Assembly (NCBI GenBank): GCA_001735895.1
Contig: DS021198.1
Location: forward strand, 478,340-542,339
From: Olavius algarvensis Gamma 3 endosymbiont
GTDB taxonomy: Bacteria; Pseudomonadota; Gammaproteobacteria; GCA-001735895
DNA length: 64,000 bases
Reading direction: 5' to 3'
This document shows positions 10,462-20,045 of this stretch, in pieces. Numbering within the stretch: the stretch's first letter is position 1; each line of letters starts with the position of its first letter. A program made the position numbers and the translations under genes. Under the pieces are notes generated by a model. It saw nothing but the letters and a program-made list of their open reading frames with translations. It ran no database searches and was not told the DNA's origin.

Positions 10462-11315
10462 TCAAGCCGATGTCGGTTGATAACGTAGTGACAGGATGAT
10501 GACCGAGATCACCAATAGGGCGCCGCTGGCCTGTAGCAGGCTGAGGTTCTCACCCAGCACCAGTCGCGCCAGCAATATCGATACCACTGGCTCCAGGTTC
10601 AGCAGGAAGGCGGCACGCGCGGCGGACAAACGCGCCAGCGCTTCAAACTGGCTCAGGATTGCGATCAGGTAGAGCAGGGTGGCCAGCGCCAGCGCTATCG
10701 TCCCGCTTGTCGCAGCGGTCCTGGCGATGCCGTCGAGCATCAGCGGCACGATTAACAACAATCCCGCTGCGTTGACCCAAAAACTCATCAGTAACGGCGG
10801 GCACCGCAGACAAAGGTGAACGCTGCGCCGCAAGCAGCCATTGCTGCCAGCAGGACGCCGTTGATAGCTACTCTGATTTCACTGCCGGACAGGGCCAGGT
10901 AGAGTCCGGCGAAGGCGGCGATGAATAACGCGATCAGGAATGGCGTTGCCTTGACCCGGCCATTGATTATCGAATAAGCGAGCACCAGTAACGGGTAGCT
11001 GTAAAAAATCAACACCGCCAGGCTGACCGACAGGGATTCGACCGCCAGTAGATAAGAGATCATTCCGCCGGACCAGAGCAATCCGATTAGCAACAGGGGC
11101 AGGCGTTGCGCTTGGGACACTTTGAAACGGTCGCGTCTGACCAGCAGCAGCGCTCCGAACACCAGGGTAGAAACGCAAAAGCGCAGCAGCATCAATGTTA
11201 TGGCATTGCCGCCGTCGTGATAATAGATTTTCGCCAGAGTCGTAATTGCGCCCAACCCGCAGGCGGTTACCAGCGCAAACACGATACCGCTGTAGCGATT
11301 GGATAATCCGAGCAT
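10462..11315 (-). pseudogene. EamA/DMT-family transporter, frameshifted
   Basis: ORFs 10788..11363 and 10462..10833 overlap and together give ~284 aa of 10-TM-like hydrophobic sequence. Adding one nt near 10792-10802 joins ...FTFVCGAR to PLLMSFWVNAAGLLL. Confidence 0.7.
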
Positions 11316-11404
11316 AGGCTGCACTATAAAGCTAGTGTCAGGCGCTTGCCAGATGCAAGCCAATTGGATATGTTGCGCGCCTTAGATAACTCGTGGATCT
11401 GTAG

Positions 11405-12262
11405 ATGGCTAACTTGCAATTACCCGATTCCCTGGTCAGTGTGGGCTGGTTACGGCAGCATCTGGATCATGAAAATCTTATCGTCTTGGATTCGAGCTGG
11501 CATATGCCGGCTACCGGGCGTGACGGATTCGAGGAGTGGCGGCAGGAACATATTCCCGGGGCCCGGTTTTTCGATTTCGACGGAAAAATCAGCGATCCCG
11601 ATTCAGAGTTGCCGCATATGATGCCGAGCGAAGAAATATTCACACGCGAAATGCAGGCGCTGGGTTTGAACCAGGACAGCGTGGTTGTGGTTTACGATTC
11701 GATGGGAATGTTTTCCAGCCCACGCGGCTGGTGGATGTTGCGCGCGATGGGATGCGTAAACTGTGCCTTGCTGGATGGCGGCCTGGTCGCCTGGGATGAG
11801 CTCGAATTTCCGATCGAGAGTTTACCGCGGGAACCTGCTTACGAACGCGGCAATTTTGTCGCCAAAATGAACCCGGATTACGTTGCGGACGCGCAAGCGG
11901 TGCTGGCGGCGCTCGACGATGACTCGATTTGTGTGCTCGACGCCCGCCCCGGGCCGCGTTTCAACGGCGCCGCGGAGGAGCCCCGACCCGGGCTGCGCCA
12001 GGGACATATGCCGGGTGCGTTGAATCTGCCTTTCCCGGAGGTATTCAAACACGGATTGCTGAAACCCAAAGATGAACTCAGGGATCTGATTGCGCCGCTG
12101 ATTGGCGATCGCAAGCGCTGCATTTATAGTTGCGGCTCGGGTGTGACCGCCTGCGTAATTGCGTTTGCCGCGCAGCGCGTCGGCTACGATAATTTAGCCA
12201 TTTATGACGGCTCCTGGTGTGAATGGGGCCAGCCCTCTGAATTGCCGGTGGTCACCGACTAG
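11405..12262 (+). CDS. sseA: 3-mercaptopyruvate/thiosulfate sulfurtransferase (tandem rhodanese)
   Basis: 285 aa with a two-rhodanese layout and active-site loop CGSGVTAC. Confidence 0.8.
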   Translation: MANLQLPDSLVSVGWLRQHLDHENLIVLDSSWHMPATGRDGFEEWRQEHIPGARFFDFDGKISDPDSELPHMMPSEEIFTREMQALGLNQDSVVVVYDSMGMFSSPRGWWMLRAMGCVNCALLDGGLVAWDELEFPIESLPREPAYERGNFVAKMNPDYVADAQAVLAALDDDSICVLDARPGPRFNGAAEEPRPGLRQGHMPGALNLPFPEVFKHGLLKPKDELRDLIAPLIGDRKRCIYSCGSGVTACVIAFAAQRVGYDNLAIYDGSWCEWGQPSELPVVTD

Positions 12263-12507
12263 CCTGCATATTGCATGAAGGCGGTACAAACTTCGGAGAA
12301 ATAGCATAGATATCAAAGTATCAAGTCAATTTTCGAGGAAATAGCCGGTTACAGTTTGTACCTGAACGAAATCAGGAAAAATCTGGCTGCCAATCTCGAA
12401 CGATCCCCCTTGAGCCATAGCTACGGCTATGACTCGGCGGGCGATCGTCCGACCTTGTTTGCCAGATTTCCCCTGAGTTTCGTTCCCTTCATGCAATATG
12501 CAGGCTA
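12260..12507. mobile_element. MITE copy 1 (non-coding, 22-nt perfect terminal inverted repeats including TA duplications)
   Basis: TAGCCTGCATATTGCATGAAGG at 12260-12281 is the exact reverse complement of 12486-12507. A second copy is at 36931-37179. No ORF. Confidence 0.85.
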
Positions 12508-13203
12508 GAGCATCCCGGGCAGGCTGCCAATGCCGTCACAGACGATGTCGGCAATGTCTTGCAGGTCGTCGCGCGTGCTGGTGCCGGTTAGCACGCCGAC
12601 GCAAAGCCCGGCGCCGGCGCTTCTGCCCATTTCGATGTCGTGACGATTGTCGCCAACCACGACCACTCGATCCGCGGCGAGCCCCATCGCATTGCAAAAA
12701 GCCAGCACCATGCCGGCCTCCGGCTTCTGACCGTGGCCGCTATCGTAACCCGCCAGGAAATCGAACTGCTGCAGGACATCGAAGGACTGCAGTGTGTTGA
12801 CGATGCCCTGGTGGCTATCGGCGGTAGCAACCCCGAGTTTGTGCCCGGCTTGCTTCAACCGGCTCAGGGTGTCGGCCAATCCGTCGACCGCCGCCGCATG
12901 CTGTGCGCCCAGAACGCTAAAGATTTCATTCAAGCGCCGGCTTATAGCCGTGATGCGATCCGTTTTCCCGATCTCGATTGCCCAGGCTTCGGCGATTTGG
13001 CGATTGTTACCGGCAGCGAGCAGGCTGCCGCCGATAAATCGACCCTGTGCGGCGGCATAGCCATGCCGGGTCAACAAGCGCTCGGCCAGTTGCCGGTCGC
13101 CTGCGGCGAATTCCTGCGCCGCCTGGCGGTAAATCGGTAGCCAGGTTTTATTGAAATCCAGCAGAGTTCCATCCTTGTCGAAAACAATGCCCCGGTATTT
13201 CAT
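12505..13203 (-). CDS. HAD-superfamily hydrolase (phosphatase/phosphonatase-like)
   Basis: Motif I FDKDGTLLDF and C-terminal VVVGDNRHDIEMG (motif IV). Confidence 0.8.
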   Translation of the reverse strand: MKYRGIVFDKDGTLLDFNKTWLPIYRQAAQEFAAGDRQLAERLLTRHGYAAAQGRFIGGSLLAAGNNRQIAEAWAIEIGKTDRITAISRRLNEIFSVLGAQHAAAVDGLADTLSRLKQAGHKLGVATADSHQGIVNTLQSFDVLQQFDFLAGYDSGHGQKPEAGMVLAFCNAMGLAADRVVVVGDNRHDIEMGRSAGAGLCVGVLTGTSTRDDLQDIADIVCDGIGSLPGML

Positions 13204-13242
13204 AAGCGGTCTCGAAATCTGCGTGCCCGGTTAGCGGAAATA

Positions 13243-13812
13243 TTAAGCCGATAACTGCGACAACAGGGTTGCGCGATAAGCGCTCACCGGTTTGCTAGTC
13301 AGGCCCGCGACCTTACCGTCGTCGTCGTAACGACGCAGTTTTACGGCATCGCGGTAGTAGGGGTTGGCCTCGAAACGAGCCACCTGTTCGGCGCTCATCG
13401 GACCACCCTGTACGCGAAGAGAATTCACCGAGGCATCCGACAGGTGACTGAGGTATTCGTCATCGGTAGCACACAGATATCGCTTGGCCGCCACATGCAG
13501 TCGAATGGGTTCGGTGATCGAAGGCGGAAAATAGGGGCGCAGATAGTCCGCTCCCGCTTCCGCATGCAGGTTGTCCCGGCCGTTTCCCAGAGCCTGGATC
13601 GGATGGCCGCCAACAAAATGGCCGATATCGTGCAGCAGCGCGGCAATCACCAAACCGTCCGCGGCTTCATCGGCCGCGGCGCGGGCCGCCGTTTGTTCCA
13701 TGTGTTGCGACATGCTAACGGTTTCGCCCATGTGCTCGCGGGCGCCGCGGCTGGCGAACAAGTCGAGGATGAAGTCGACGATATTTACCGGATTTTCATT
13801 CTTTTCAGTCAC
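13243..13812 (-). CDS. HD-domain protein, PhnZ-like (phosphonate-associated HD oxygenase family)
   Basis: 189 aa with AALLHDIGHF and LHVAAKRYLC motifs, resembling the PhnZ/HDIG family associated with phosphonate operons. Recalled from memory, not searched. Confidence 0.55.
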   Translation of the reverse strand: MTEKNENPVNIVDFILDLFASRGAREHMGETVSMSQHMEQTAARAAADEAADGLVIAALLHDIGHFVGGHPIQALGNGRDNLHAEAGADYLRPYFPPSITEPIRLHVAAKRYLCATDDEYLSHLSDASVNSLRVQGGPMSAEQVARFEANPYYRDAVKLRRYDDDGKVAGLTSKPVSAYRATLLSQLSA

Positions 13813-13914
13813 AGTTCGGTCTCATCGTAAAGCGCCGGGAAGCGGTAAGTCTGAAGCAGAAACCGAGCGCAGTAAATTGCTCGGTATTATTAACCCGGCG
13901 CGGAATTCTGGATT

Positions 13915-14409
13915 TCATTCGATGCGATCGGATTCCAACAAAGCGAGCGCCGCGTCCAGTTGATGCTGATTGAAAACGCGAATACCGTGACGTTGCAGCA
14001 GCGCGGCGGTAACACCGGTCCCCGGAATCGAACGACGGCTGAAACTGCCGTCATAGATGCTGCCGCTGCCGCAGGATGGGCTCGATTCGGTCAGTACCGC
14101 AACCCTGATGTTCTGCTGCCGGCAAAGCTCCAACGCCTGGTTAGCGCCCGATAAAAAGTAGGGCGTCACGTCGCTGCCGTCCCCTGTAAGAACGCTTGCC
14201 CGGCCGGCGATAACCGCCGCGCCGTCGCCCGCCCGAATCTCCGCCGCAGCGCGCGGTATCGGCAAGCCCCCGGCGACTTCCGGGCAAAAACCGACAACGC
14301 GCTCCTGTGCGACCAGAGCGGCCAACCCGGTGTGTTGCAGGTATTTCGCCTTGCCGTCGTAACGCACCGGATTGCCGAGCAGGCAAGCGCTGACCAGTAG
14401 CTTTTTCAT
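13915..14409 (-). CDS. DUF523 (YbbK/TudS-like) protein
   Basis: N-terminus VSACLLGNPVRYDGK and CPEVAGGLP are characteristic of DUF523. Confidence 0.7.
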   Translation of the reverse strand: MKKLLVSACLLGNPVRYDGKAKYLQHTGLAALVAQERVVGFCPEVAGGLPIPRAAAEIRAGDGAAVIAGRASVLTGDGSDVTPYFLSGANQALELCRQQNIRVAVLTESSPSCGSGSIYDGSFSRRSIPGTGVTAALLQRHGIRVFNQHQLDAALALLESDRIE

Positions 14410-15176
14410 GCTCGCAGTACCCTGCGGAATCGTAGGTGCCGCAAGAATACCAGGCAGCCGATGCCTGCGGCGATATGTTTCAGGCTATGCCCGCTTATGT
14501 ATTCCAACCAGAAGTAAATTTCGTGGTCCATAATTTCACAGAGTTTGGCCGCGAGGTACCAGGCCCATAGCCACCATATATCCGAACTGCGGGTATAGCG
14601 CGGTTCGAAAACGATCAGAATCAGGGGTGTCAGCAGCATCGGCAGAAACTGAAACAGCGCATAGAAGCGTAAATCGCCCCGCCCCGCCAACTCGCTGAAA
14701 TGCCAATAAACGACGCTGGCGGCGCCCGCGCTCAGCAACAGCGGGAATAGTTTGCCTGCGATCTGCAACGCTGCACGTTCAGCCAGCAGTATCGTTATGA
14801 AGGACATGAAGCCGATGGTTATCGCCAGCCGGTCCCAGGCAAGCGACAGGTTGTCGGGAGACCAGTGATAGTGGATCGAGCAGACGGCGACGCCTATCAG
14901 TGCGCTAAAAAATGCAATGCCGGCGGGATAAACCTGCGGCTCGATCTGCAAGCGTTTTTGTCGCAGCAGTCGGTACAGTCCTTCGATGCCGATCCAGGCA
15001 AATATAAGATTGGTCAATACGTTGAGCGCATTCGGAATTGCCAGCCAGGCGGTTTGATCGGCAAACAAATGATAAGCGGGATCCTGGGGAAAACGCGGCG
15101 CCAGCAGAGTCGCGATCAGGGCGCACAAGCTGACCGCAAGCAACAGGCGCTGTTTAACAAGCATCGACATGGTCAA
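14406..15176 (-). CDS. integral membrane protein, ceramidase/PAQR-like
   Basis: 256 aa, ~7 predicted TM segments, His motifs SIHYHW and GHSLKHIAAG. The family assignment is tentative. Confidence 0.4.
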   Translation of the reverse strand: MTMSMLVKQRLLLAVSLCALIATLLAPRFPQDPAYHLFADQTAWLAIPNALNVLTNLIFAWIGIEGLYRLLRQKRLQIEPQVYPAGIAFFSALIGVAVCSIHYHWSPDNLSLAWDRLAITIGFMSFITILLAERAALQIAGKLFPLLLSAGAASVVYWHFSELAGRGDLRFYALFQFLPMLLTPLILIVFEPRYTRSSDIWWLWAWYLAAKLCEIMDHEIYFWLEYISGHSLKHIAAGIGCLVFLRHLRFRRVLRA

Positions 15177-15206
15177 CCCAGCTCCATCTTCTCGGCGGGC
15201 TTGGTT

Positions 15207-15629
15207 TCAGGCCGGGGGCGGATTCCCGGTCGACCAGCGTTTGAATCTCTTTTTGCAGTATCGCAGCAGCGAATCGTAGTCGGGGAAATAAAGCTCGAAG
15301 CCGTCTTCGGCGGGCGCATCGTATTCGCAGTAGTCGTTACTATGCGAGCGACATATCGTCGGGCGGTCGTGATAAATATTGCAGCGGCCGTCGCCCAGTA
15401 AATGCTGGCAGCGCGCTTCGAACATCACGAACCAGCCATCGTCGTCTTTGTAAGCGCCGACTGCGGCGTGCGACACTTGCCACAGCAGGATTTCGAAGTC
15501 GTATTTCGATTTCGGTGTATCGATTTGCTGAGTTACGTAGGTGCAGCATTTGGAGTTTGTGCAAAGATCGCACTTGTTGAAGCCATCGTCCGCTTCGCCT
15601 ACTTCGATTTCAGGAAAAATATTATCCAT
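15207..15629 (-). CDS. YkgJ-family cysteine-cluster protein (UPF0153)
   Basis: Cys-rich pattern [10 protein letters not shown] ... [18 protein letters not shown]. Confidence 0.7.
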   Translation of the reverse strand: MDNIFPEIEVGEADDGFNKCDLCTNSKCCTYVTQQIDTPKSKYDFEILLWQVSHAAVGAYKDDDGWFVMFEARCQHLLGDGRCNIYHDRPTICRSHSNDYCEYDAPAEDGFELYFPDYDSLLRYCKKRFKRWSTGNPPPA

Positions 15630-16536
15630 CTTGCGCCAACCAGTCTTGTGCCTGTAGATAGTACTCGGTTAATTCCGCCTCGGGACTGTCCGCTGCGGGA
15701 TGATAATTATAGCGCCAGTTAACCACCGGGGGCAGCGACATCAGAATTGACTCGGTGCGTCCACCCGACTGCAGGCCAAACAGCGTGCCGCGATCGTATA
15801 CCAGATTGAACTCGACGTAGCGCCCGCGGCGATACCATTGAAACTTTTTTTCGCGTTCCCCGAAGGAGTCGTTTTTGTGCCGCTCGACGATTGGTAGATA
15901 GGCCGGCAGGTAGTGATCTCCGACGCTGCGCATGAAGGCAAACGCCGTTTCGAAGTCCGGCTGGTCGAGGTCATCGAAAAACAAGCCGCCTATACCGCGC
16001 GCCTCGTTGCGGTGTTTCAGATAAAAATACTCGTCACACCATTTTTTGTATTTATTGTAGATCTCGGGGCCGTAAGCGTCGCAGGCCTGCTTGGCGATCC
16101 GGTGCCAGTGCCGACAATCGGCCTCGAAGCCGTAATAAGGGGTTAGATCGAAACCGCCGCCGAACCACCAAATCGGTTCTTCGCCGCTCCGTTCGGCAAC
16201 AAAAAAACGCACATTGGCATGCGAAGTCGGGATATAGGGGTTATCGGGATGGATGACCAGCGATACGCCCATGGCGCGAAACCGCCGGCCCGCCAGTTCG
16301 GGGCGATGTGCGCTTGCCGATGCGGGCAACTGGTCGCCATATACTTCGGAATAGTTGACGCCGCTTTGTTCGAAAACGGCGCCGCCCCGCAGCACCATAC
16401 TGCGTCCGCCGCCGCCGGCCTCACGCTGCCATTCGTCGACTTCAAAGCGGGCTTTGCCGTCGATATCCTGCAGCTCGCCGGTAATGCTTCCCTGCAAACG
16501 TTTCAGATAATCGCTAACGCGTTCGATATCCATCAA
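15622..16536 (-). CDS. hemF: oxygen-dependent coproporphyrinogen-III oxidase
   Basis: 304 aa; [25 protein letters not shown] and other HemF-typical blocks. Confidence 0.93.
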   Translation of the reverse strand: MMDIERVSDYLKRLQGSITGELQDIDGKARFEVDEWQREAGGGGRSMVLRGGAVFEQSGVNYSEVYGDQLPASASAHRPELAGRRFRAMGVSLVIHPDNPYIPTSHANVRFFVAERSGEEPIWWFGGGFDLTPYYGFEADCRHWHRIAKQACDAYGPEIYNKYKKWCDEYFYLKHRNEARGIGGLFFDDLDQPDFETAFAFMRSVGDHYLPAYLPIVERHKNDSFGEREKKFQWYRRGRYVEFNLVYDRGTLFGLQSGGRTESILMSLPPVVNWRYNYHPAADSPEAELTEYYLQAQDWLAQDG

Positions 16537-17090
16537 CGAGTGCCCCTGACAATGGTCCCATTGCGCAAGAATTTTATCGTACTCGGTTTGCCGCTGCCCG
16601 CGGGGAATCCGTTGACGATAAAATCGAGTTCGTCGCCGAATTGTTTGCGCAGTTGCAGCGAATTACGTACCGTGGCGCGCCCCGCGCGATTCGCGCTGGT
16701 CGATACGATCGGGGCCTGCAGCCGGTCGCACAAGATCTGCAGTAAGGGATGCCCGGTAATCCTGATCGCCACGGTTGAAAAATTGCCGCGTATCCAGATT
16801 GGGCAAAACCTGCTTGCCGGAACCAGCCAGCTGGTCGGTGCTGCACCGGGCGAGCTAATCGGTTTAAGCTGTTCCGCATCGGCATCGAGGTAGGCCGCGC
16901 AATACTCGATTCTGGACGACAGCAGAATCAGCCCCTTTGCCGGGGAGCGATTCTTGATTTGCAGGATACGGGAGACGCTGTCGGCGATCAGCGGATGGCA
17001 GCCGAAACCCCAGATCGTATCTGTCGGATAACCAAACACCGCGCCGCTCGATACCGCGTGGATGAAGCGATTCAATGCCCAGGGACTCAT
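16533..17090 (-). CDS. tsaC: L-threonylcarbamoyladenylate synthase type 1
   Basis: 185 aa, YrdC fold, [11 protein letters not shown] and STSANRAG motifs. Confidence 0.85.
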   Translation of the reverse strand: MSPWALNRFIHAVSSGAVFGYPTDTIWGFGCHPLIADSVSRILQIKNRSPAKGLILLSSRIEYCAAYLDADAEQLKPISSPGAAPTSWLVPASRFCPIWIRGNFSTVAIRITGHPLLQILCDRLQAPIVSTSANRAGRATVRNSLQLRKQFGDELDFIVNGFPAGSGKPSTIKFLRNGTIVRGTR

Positions 17091-17101
17091 AACAGGCGGT
17101 T

Positions 17102-19510
17102 TCAGCTGGCGTTGGCGGTGGCTTTTTTGGCGGCAGCCTTTTTCTTTACGGTCTTCTTTTTAGCGGATTTCTTAGGCGCGGCTTTTTTCTTGGCGGCCGC
17201 TTTTTTGCGTTTCGACTTAGGCAACGGCGCTTTTTCGATCAAATCCTGGCAGGTTTCCAGATCGAGACTGGCCGGGTCTTCGACGTCTTTGGGAATGCGC
17301 GCGTTTTTATTTCCGTCGGTAATATAAGGTCCGTAACGGCCGCGCAGGATCTTGATATCGGTGCCTTCGAATATCTTGATTTCACGATTGGCGTCGAATT
17401 CCTTCTTCTCGGCCACCAGTTCCAGCGCACGCTCGAGCGTAATCGTATAAGGATCGTCACCTTCCTTGACCTTGAGCGAGGCGAATTTGTTATCGAATTT
17501 CACGTAAGGGCCGAAGCGGCCGATATTAGCGGAAATCTGCTCACCCTCGGGGGATAAACCGAGCTCGCGCGGCAACTTGAACAGCTGCAGTGCCTCTTCG
17601 AGCGTGATCGAATCCATTTTTTGCCCCGGTCGCAGACCCGCAAAGCGCGGTTTTTCTTCGTCGTCGCGCGTGCCGATCTGGACGAAAGGTCCGTAGCGGC
17701 CCATGCGCACCGATATCGGCTTGCCGGTTTTTTCGTCGGTGCCGAGCTGACGCGATTGAATCGCCTCGTCGCGGCTGACGTTTTCCATCTTGTCGTCGAC
17801 CTGAGTTTTGAATGAGGTCCAGAATTCTTCCATCAGCGGCAACCATTCGGTTTCGCCCCGGGAAATCGCATCGAGCGAGTCTTCGAGCTGTGCGGTGAAG
17901 TCGTAATCGACGTATTGTTTAAAATGCTGCGTCAGGAAGCGCGCGACCACGCGCCCGACGTCGGTTGGATGGAAGCGTTTGCTTTCGAGTTCGACGTATT
18001 CACGGTCGAGCAGGGTGGTGATGATCGAGGCATAGGTAGAAGGCCGGCCGATGCCGTATTCTTCGAGCGCCTTGACCAGCGAGGCCTCGCTGTAACGCGG
18101 TGGCGGCTCGGTGAAATGCTGTTCCAGCCTGATTCGATCGAGGTCGACGATATCGCCTTCCTGCAGCGGTGGCAACAAATTCTCTTTGCTGTCGTCCTTT
18201 TTCGGTTCATCCTTGTCTTCGATGTAAACCCGCATGAATCCCGGGTCGCGAATCGTCGAGCCGTTGGCCCGGAAACTATGGTCGTTGCCGCAGCCCAGAT
18301 CGACCGCAACCGTATCCAGCGTCGCATGGATCATCTGACAGGCCATGGTGCGTTTCCAGATCAGGCTGTAGAGCCGGAACTCATCGTCGCCCAGGTGCTG
18401 CTTGATCTTGAAGGGTTCGTTGCGTGCACTCGTCGGACGGATCGCTTCGTGCGCTTCCTGTGCATTCTTCGATTTGGTTTTGTACTCGCGCGGCGTGTCC
18501 GGCAGGTTATTTTCGCCGAACTTGTCGGCGATGAACTCGCGTATTTCAAGCAGCGCATCGTTCGACAGCGTCACCGAATCGGTGCGCATGTAGCTGATGA
18601 GTCCCACCTGGCCTGCGCCGATATCGATGCCCTCATAGAGCCGCTGCGCGGTGCGCATGGTGCGTTGCGCTCCGAATCCGAGTTTGCGCGCGGCTTCCTG
18701 CTGCAGCGTCGAGGTCGTAAACGGCGGCGCCGGATTGCGTTTGCGCTGTTTCTTATCGACTTTGTCGACGCGCAGCTTGCCCCCTGCGGCATCGCTTAAA
18801 GAGCGGTGTGCAGCGTTGGCCTGATCGACATTGGTGATAGTAAATTGCTTGACCTTCTCGCCATCCAGCTTATTCAGTTTCGCGCTAAACGGCTGGCCAT
18901 CGAACACATTGTCGGATTCGATACTCCAGTATTCCTGCGGATTGAAAGCCTCGATTTCGAGTTCGCGCTCGACGATCATGCGCAGCGCCGGGCTTTGTAC
19001 GCGGCCGGCCGACAACCCGCGTCGAATTTTGCGCCATAGTAAAGGGGACAGATTGAAGCCGACCAGGTAGTCGAGCGCGCGGCGCGCCTGTTGCGCGTTG
19101 ACCAGATCCATGGTGATTTCGCGCGGGTGCTCGATGGCTTCCGATACCGCTTGTCTGGTGATCTCGTAAAACGCCACCCGGTAGGCGCGTTTGTTCTTCA
19201 TCAGGTTTTTTTCCCTGAGCAATTCGTATAAATGCCAGGAAATGGCTTCACCTTCGCGGTCCGGGTCGGTGGCGAGGTATATCGAATCGGCTTTCTTCAA
19301 TTCCTTTTTGATATTCGCGATATGCTTATGATTACGCTCTACCGGCGAATAGTTCATTTTGAAACCATTGTCGGTCTCGACCGCGCCTTCCTTGGGGACG
19401 AGATCGCGTACATGCCCGTAGGAGGCAAGTACCTTGAAGTCCTTGCCCAGGTATTTCTCTATGGTTTTTGCTTTCGCAGGAGATTCTACGATAACGAGAT
19501 GGCTGGCCAT
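17102..19510 (-). CDS. topA: DNA topoisomerase I (type IA)
   Basis: Toprim N-terminus LVIVESPAKAKTIEKYLG and active-site SYMRTDS. The C-terminus has three GR(Y/F)GP(Y/F) repeats and a Lys/Ala-rich tail. Confidence 0.95.
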   Translation of the reverse strand: MASHLVIVESPAKAKTIEKYLGKDFKVLASYGHVRDLVPKEGAVETDNGFKMNYSPVERNHKHIANIKKELKKADSIYLATDPDREGEAISWHLYELLREKNLMKNKRAYRVAFYEITRQAVSEAIEHPREITMDLVNAQQARRALDYLVGFNLSPLLWRKIRRGLSAGRVQSPALRMIVERELEIEAFNPQEYWSIESDNVFDGQPFSAKLNKLDGEKVKQFTITNVDQANAAHRSLSDAAGGKLRVDKVDKKQRKRNPAPPFTTSTLQQEAARKLGFGAQRTMRTAQRLYEGIDIGAGQVGLISYMRTDSVTLSNDALLEIREFIADKFGENNLPDTPREYKTKSKNAQEAHEAIRPTSARNEPFKIKQHLGDDEFRLYSLIWKRTMACQMIHATLDTVAVDLGCGNDHSFRANGSTIRDPGFMRVYIEDKDEPKKDDSKENLLPPLQEGDIVDLDRIRLEQHFTEPPPRYSEASLVKALEEYGIGRPSTYASIITTLLDREYVELESKRFHPTDVGRVVARFLTQHFKQYVDYDFTAQLEDSLDAISRGETEWLPLMEEFWTSFKTQVDDKMENVSRDEAIQSRQLGTDEKTGKPISVRMGRYGPFVQIGTRDDEEKPRFAGLRPGQKMDSITLEEALQLFKLPRELGLSPEGEQISANIGRFGPYVKFDNKFASLKVKEGDDPYTITLERALELVAEKKEFDANREIKIFEGTDIKILRGRYGPYITDGNKNARIPKDVEDPASLDLETCQDLIEKAPLPKSKRKKAAAKKKAAPKKSAKKKTVKKKAAAKKATANAS

Positions 19511-19551
19511 TTAATGTAGCTGGTCCGCTGTGATGACTGACGTTGTCCTGT

Positions 19552-20034
19552 TCAATGAAAAACGGCGGGTTGATCGGCAAATACGATATCTTCGTAATGC
19601 ATCAGCGCGTTTTCATCCTGTTCGTCCGAGCTGTTGAACAACACCATCATGACGACCCACTTTAATTCCTCGATATCGACTTCGGAATCCGATTCGAGTG
19701 CCATGACCCGATTGATAACCATTTCACGCAGGCGCGGAGTAAGTACCCCCGACTGCTCGAGAAACAGCAAAAAGCCTTGTGCGTTGTAAGCCAGGCGCGC
19801 GCTTTCCTCGGCTGCGAGCACCCGGGTGGCAATTGCAGACTGATCCGTGGTGGTTGCATCATCGGCTTCCGCCAGTCCATCCAGCCATTCGAATGCCTTG
19901 TCGATTTCGAGTGGATCGAATCCGGCGGCGCGCAGGTCGGCATCGATGCCATCGCGGTCTTCCGGCAGATTTTCATCCTGGTCCGCGTAGCTCGAAAATA
20001 TGTACATCAGAACGTCGATAACGCCTTCTTTCAT
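19552..20034 (-). CDS. smg: Smg (DUF494) protein
   Basis: 160 aa; conserved position between dprA and topA; acidic Smg-like sequence. Confidence 0.85.
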   Translation of the reverse strand: MKEGVIDVLMYIFSSYADQDENLPEDRDGIDADLRAAGFDPLEIDKAFEWLDGLAEADDATTTDQSAIATRVLAAEESARLAYNAQGFLLFLEQSGVLTPRLREMVINRVMALESDSEVDIEELKWVVMMVLFNSSDEQDENALMHYEDIVFADQPAVFH

Positions 20035-20045
20035 GGATACCTCAT

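Noticed and set aside
10247-10465. 72-aa ORF in the gap between the DUF1127 gene and the EamA gene.
   Set aside because: It has no RBS or start context and no motif, and it abuts the 3' end of the EamA gene. It is probably non-coding.
17915-18799. 294-aa ORF antisense to topA. Similar long shadow ORFs are 7092..7694, 16219..16893, 22586..23236, 48240..49082 and 50202..51029.
   Set aside because: All lie fully inside strongly supported genes on the opposite strand. They have Arg/Ala/Gly-rich low-complexity translations typical of antisense frames in GC-rich DNA.
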